The translations under genes were made by a program, and so were the position numbers. Positions 62,373 to 64,000 of a DNA stretch of 64,000 bases are shown here, one piece after another. The stretch lies in assembly GCA_963799845.1 (NCBI GenBank), contig CAWCYI010000004.1, positions 1,120,001 through 1,184,000 of the forward strand. The letters run 5' to 3'. Below the pieces are notes generated by a model. It saw only the letters and a program-made list of their open reading frames with translations, was not told where the DNA came from and searched no databases. The first letter of the stretch is position 1. Each line of letters starts with the position of its first letter. The stretch is from an uncultured Nitrososphaerota archaeon. Its GTDB lineage: Archaea > Thermoproteota > Nitrososphaeria > Nitrososphaerales > CADDZS01.

Positions 62373-62507
62373 TATACTTTGAAGACTCAGGCACGCTCAA
62401 TATTTTGCCGCAGTAATCGTTTCGAGGATCAGAAGGATTTCACCTAAGAATTGAATTCGTCACGAGCTTTATCGACTTTGGGAAAAAGATTCTTGGTTTG
62501 TAACACA

Positions 62508-63597
62508 TCAAGCGATAGTGTACTTTACGAACTCACTTTCACACGGATTGCCATGAGCGATCCAGGCTTCCCTCTTTTCTGGATTGTAGATCATTCCATC
62601 CAGCGTCCTGCTCCAGTGAGCCTTCGTCCTCTTTTCGTTCACGTGTGCGCAGATCATGTCGGGACGGTTTTCATGGTCTCGCAGAAAGTCTTCGAGCAAT
62701 GACAGGTTCAGTCTGCCCTTGTTCTCCTCGATCAAGTTTCCCATCCTCTCGCACCTGGATTTGCTGTTTTTCATGTAAGCATCGCTTTTAGATTCCGTAA
62801 ATCCTTCAACGGGGCAAAAGATGTAGTGGTTCGCGTGATACAGGATATCGTCAGAGCGGGTGGTCTCTATCTTCTTCGGATTTGCTTCCACATTCGCAAC
62901 TCCCTTGGGGGTTCCCATCACAAAATTCAACGCGAAAGCCCTATCTGCTCTTTCGATCGCTTCAACCGCCCCATCGATGTCCTTCTGATTGAACACTTCC
63001 CTGACCACGCAGAGCATCGGAACTCCAATTTTCGGCTCGTCAAATCCAAGTGCGTTTATGCAAAGGCTCAGTCCTGCGGAATTTATCCCCATCATTGCTG
63101 GGGCCCCCGCGTAAGTGTAAATTAGGGCGTTGGGAGCATCCTTCTGGTTGACACGGGTAAGCGTGGTACAATCGCCGTCGAGCCACGGGTCTATCCCTTC
63201 GTCATTATTCTGACCGACATACGTAAGTCCGTCTGACGTCAGCTCCGTTTCGAACAGCAAATGACGTGCAGGCTTTGGCTAACTTGGGATAGAACACCTC
63301 GTTGAACGCCGCTATCAGCATGATTTCGTCCAGTTTCAAACCAGAGCCTTCCGCAACACCCTCCAGCTCCATCGCGATATCTTCGGAATAATCCCGGGTC
63401 GGCGCTATGTATTTCGAAGCCGATCTCAGAGCTTCGTCTCTCGAAGTATTGAGGTAGGTATTGTAAAAATCATAATGAGAATTTACCAGGCGCTTGACAA
63501 GTGCTGCGTGGTACGAACCGTATTGGTAGCCCCTCTCGCTCGCGCTGCCGCTTACTTCGAGGACTTTGTAGGGTTTTACGTTGAGGAGCTGGGTCAT
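62508..63597 (-). CDS. C45 family autoproteolytic acyltransferase/hydrolase, frameshifted near 63245
   Basis: 'ERGYQYG', 'ACTSFAV', 'GQNND', 'GINSAGL', 'HANH'. Confidence 0.88.
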
Positions 63598-63686
63598 TGA
63601 CTTGAAGAACGGGTTTTGAATATTTACGGGTTTCCAATTTTTTACAGACTAATCCCAAGACTTAACTTCACCACTTTCTCCGAAAA

Positions 63687-64000
63687 ATGACGCAAATGGA
63701 AAAAGAAGTCAATGCGGCGAGGTTACGGTTCAAACGTTCCTCTGAAAATGGAGCAAACGCGTCTCAAGGAAATGGGCGACAATGATGTTTTCGTGGAGAT
63801 TAAGGCAGCTGGGATATGTCATTCCGAGCTGCACACGTTACACGGGCGAATGACTCCAACTTTTACGCCGATAACCTTGGGGCACGAAGCGTTAGGGGTG
63901 ATAGTTGATAAGGGCAAGAACGTATCCAATGTCAAGATCGGGGATCGGGTCGGCGTCGATTACGTGCTGAGTTGTGGTTTGTGTCGGTATTGCGTGGCAG
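63687..64000 (+). CDS. Zinc-dependent alcohol dehydrogenase, partial (runs off the window)
   Basis: Hand translation gives 'AAGICHSELH...TLGHEALG...VKIGDRVGV...SCGLCRYC'. Apparent frameshift just after the start. Confidence 0.88.

Overview
Archaeal chromosomal window. The taxonomy is inferred from TATA boxes about 25 nt upstream of leaderless, often TTG-starting genes and from Ser/Thr-linker substrate-binding proteins; it is probably a heterotrophic, non-ammonia-oxidising Nitrososphaerota. Bases 1-10200 form a patchwork accessory region with a broken tyrosine recombinase, a truncated SF3 primase-helicase, an Mrr-like nuclease, a bacterial-type MetK, RHH and Mrr_N fragments and an imperfect direct repeat. 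Bases 10200-64000 are a peptide/amino-acid/amide catabolism island with two complete Opp/Dpp ABC operons, many amidohydrolases, creatininases, D-aminopeptidases and PLP enzymes. The main finding is a 3.4-kb AT-rich mobile element (56120-59542) inserted in the second ABC substrate-binding gene. It has perfect 82-bp terminal inverted repeats containing a (CA)n tract and an 8-10 bp target-site duplication. It encodes a minimal, atypical rve/DDE integrase plus a partner ORF on one arm, and ten tightly packed miniproteins (44-109 aa, four zinc fingers) on the other. Both arms end on a TGA that is the innermost triplet of the TIR. Six of the twelve element genes are below the ORF-track cutoff and were translated by hand. 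An IS701-like IS sits at the TATA box of the same host gene. Many host genes carry single frameshifts that most likely reflect long-read indel errors.
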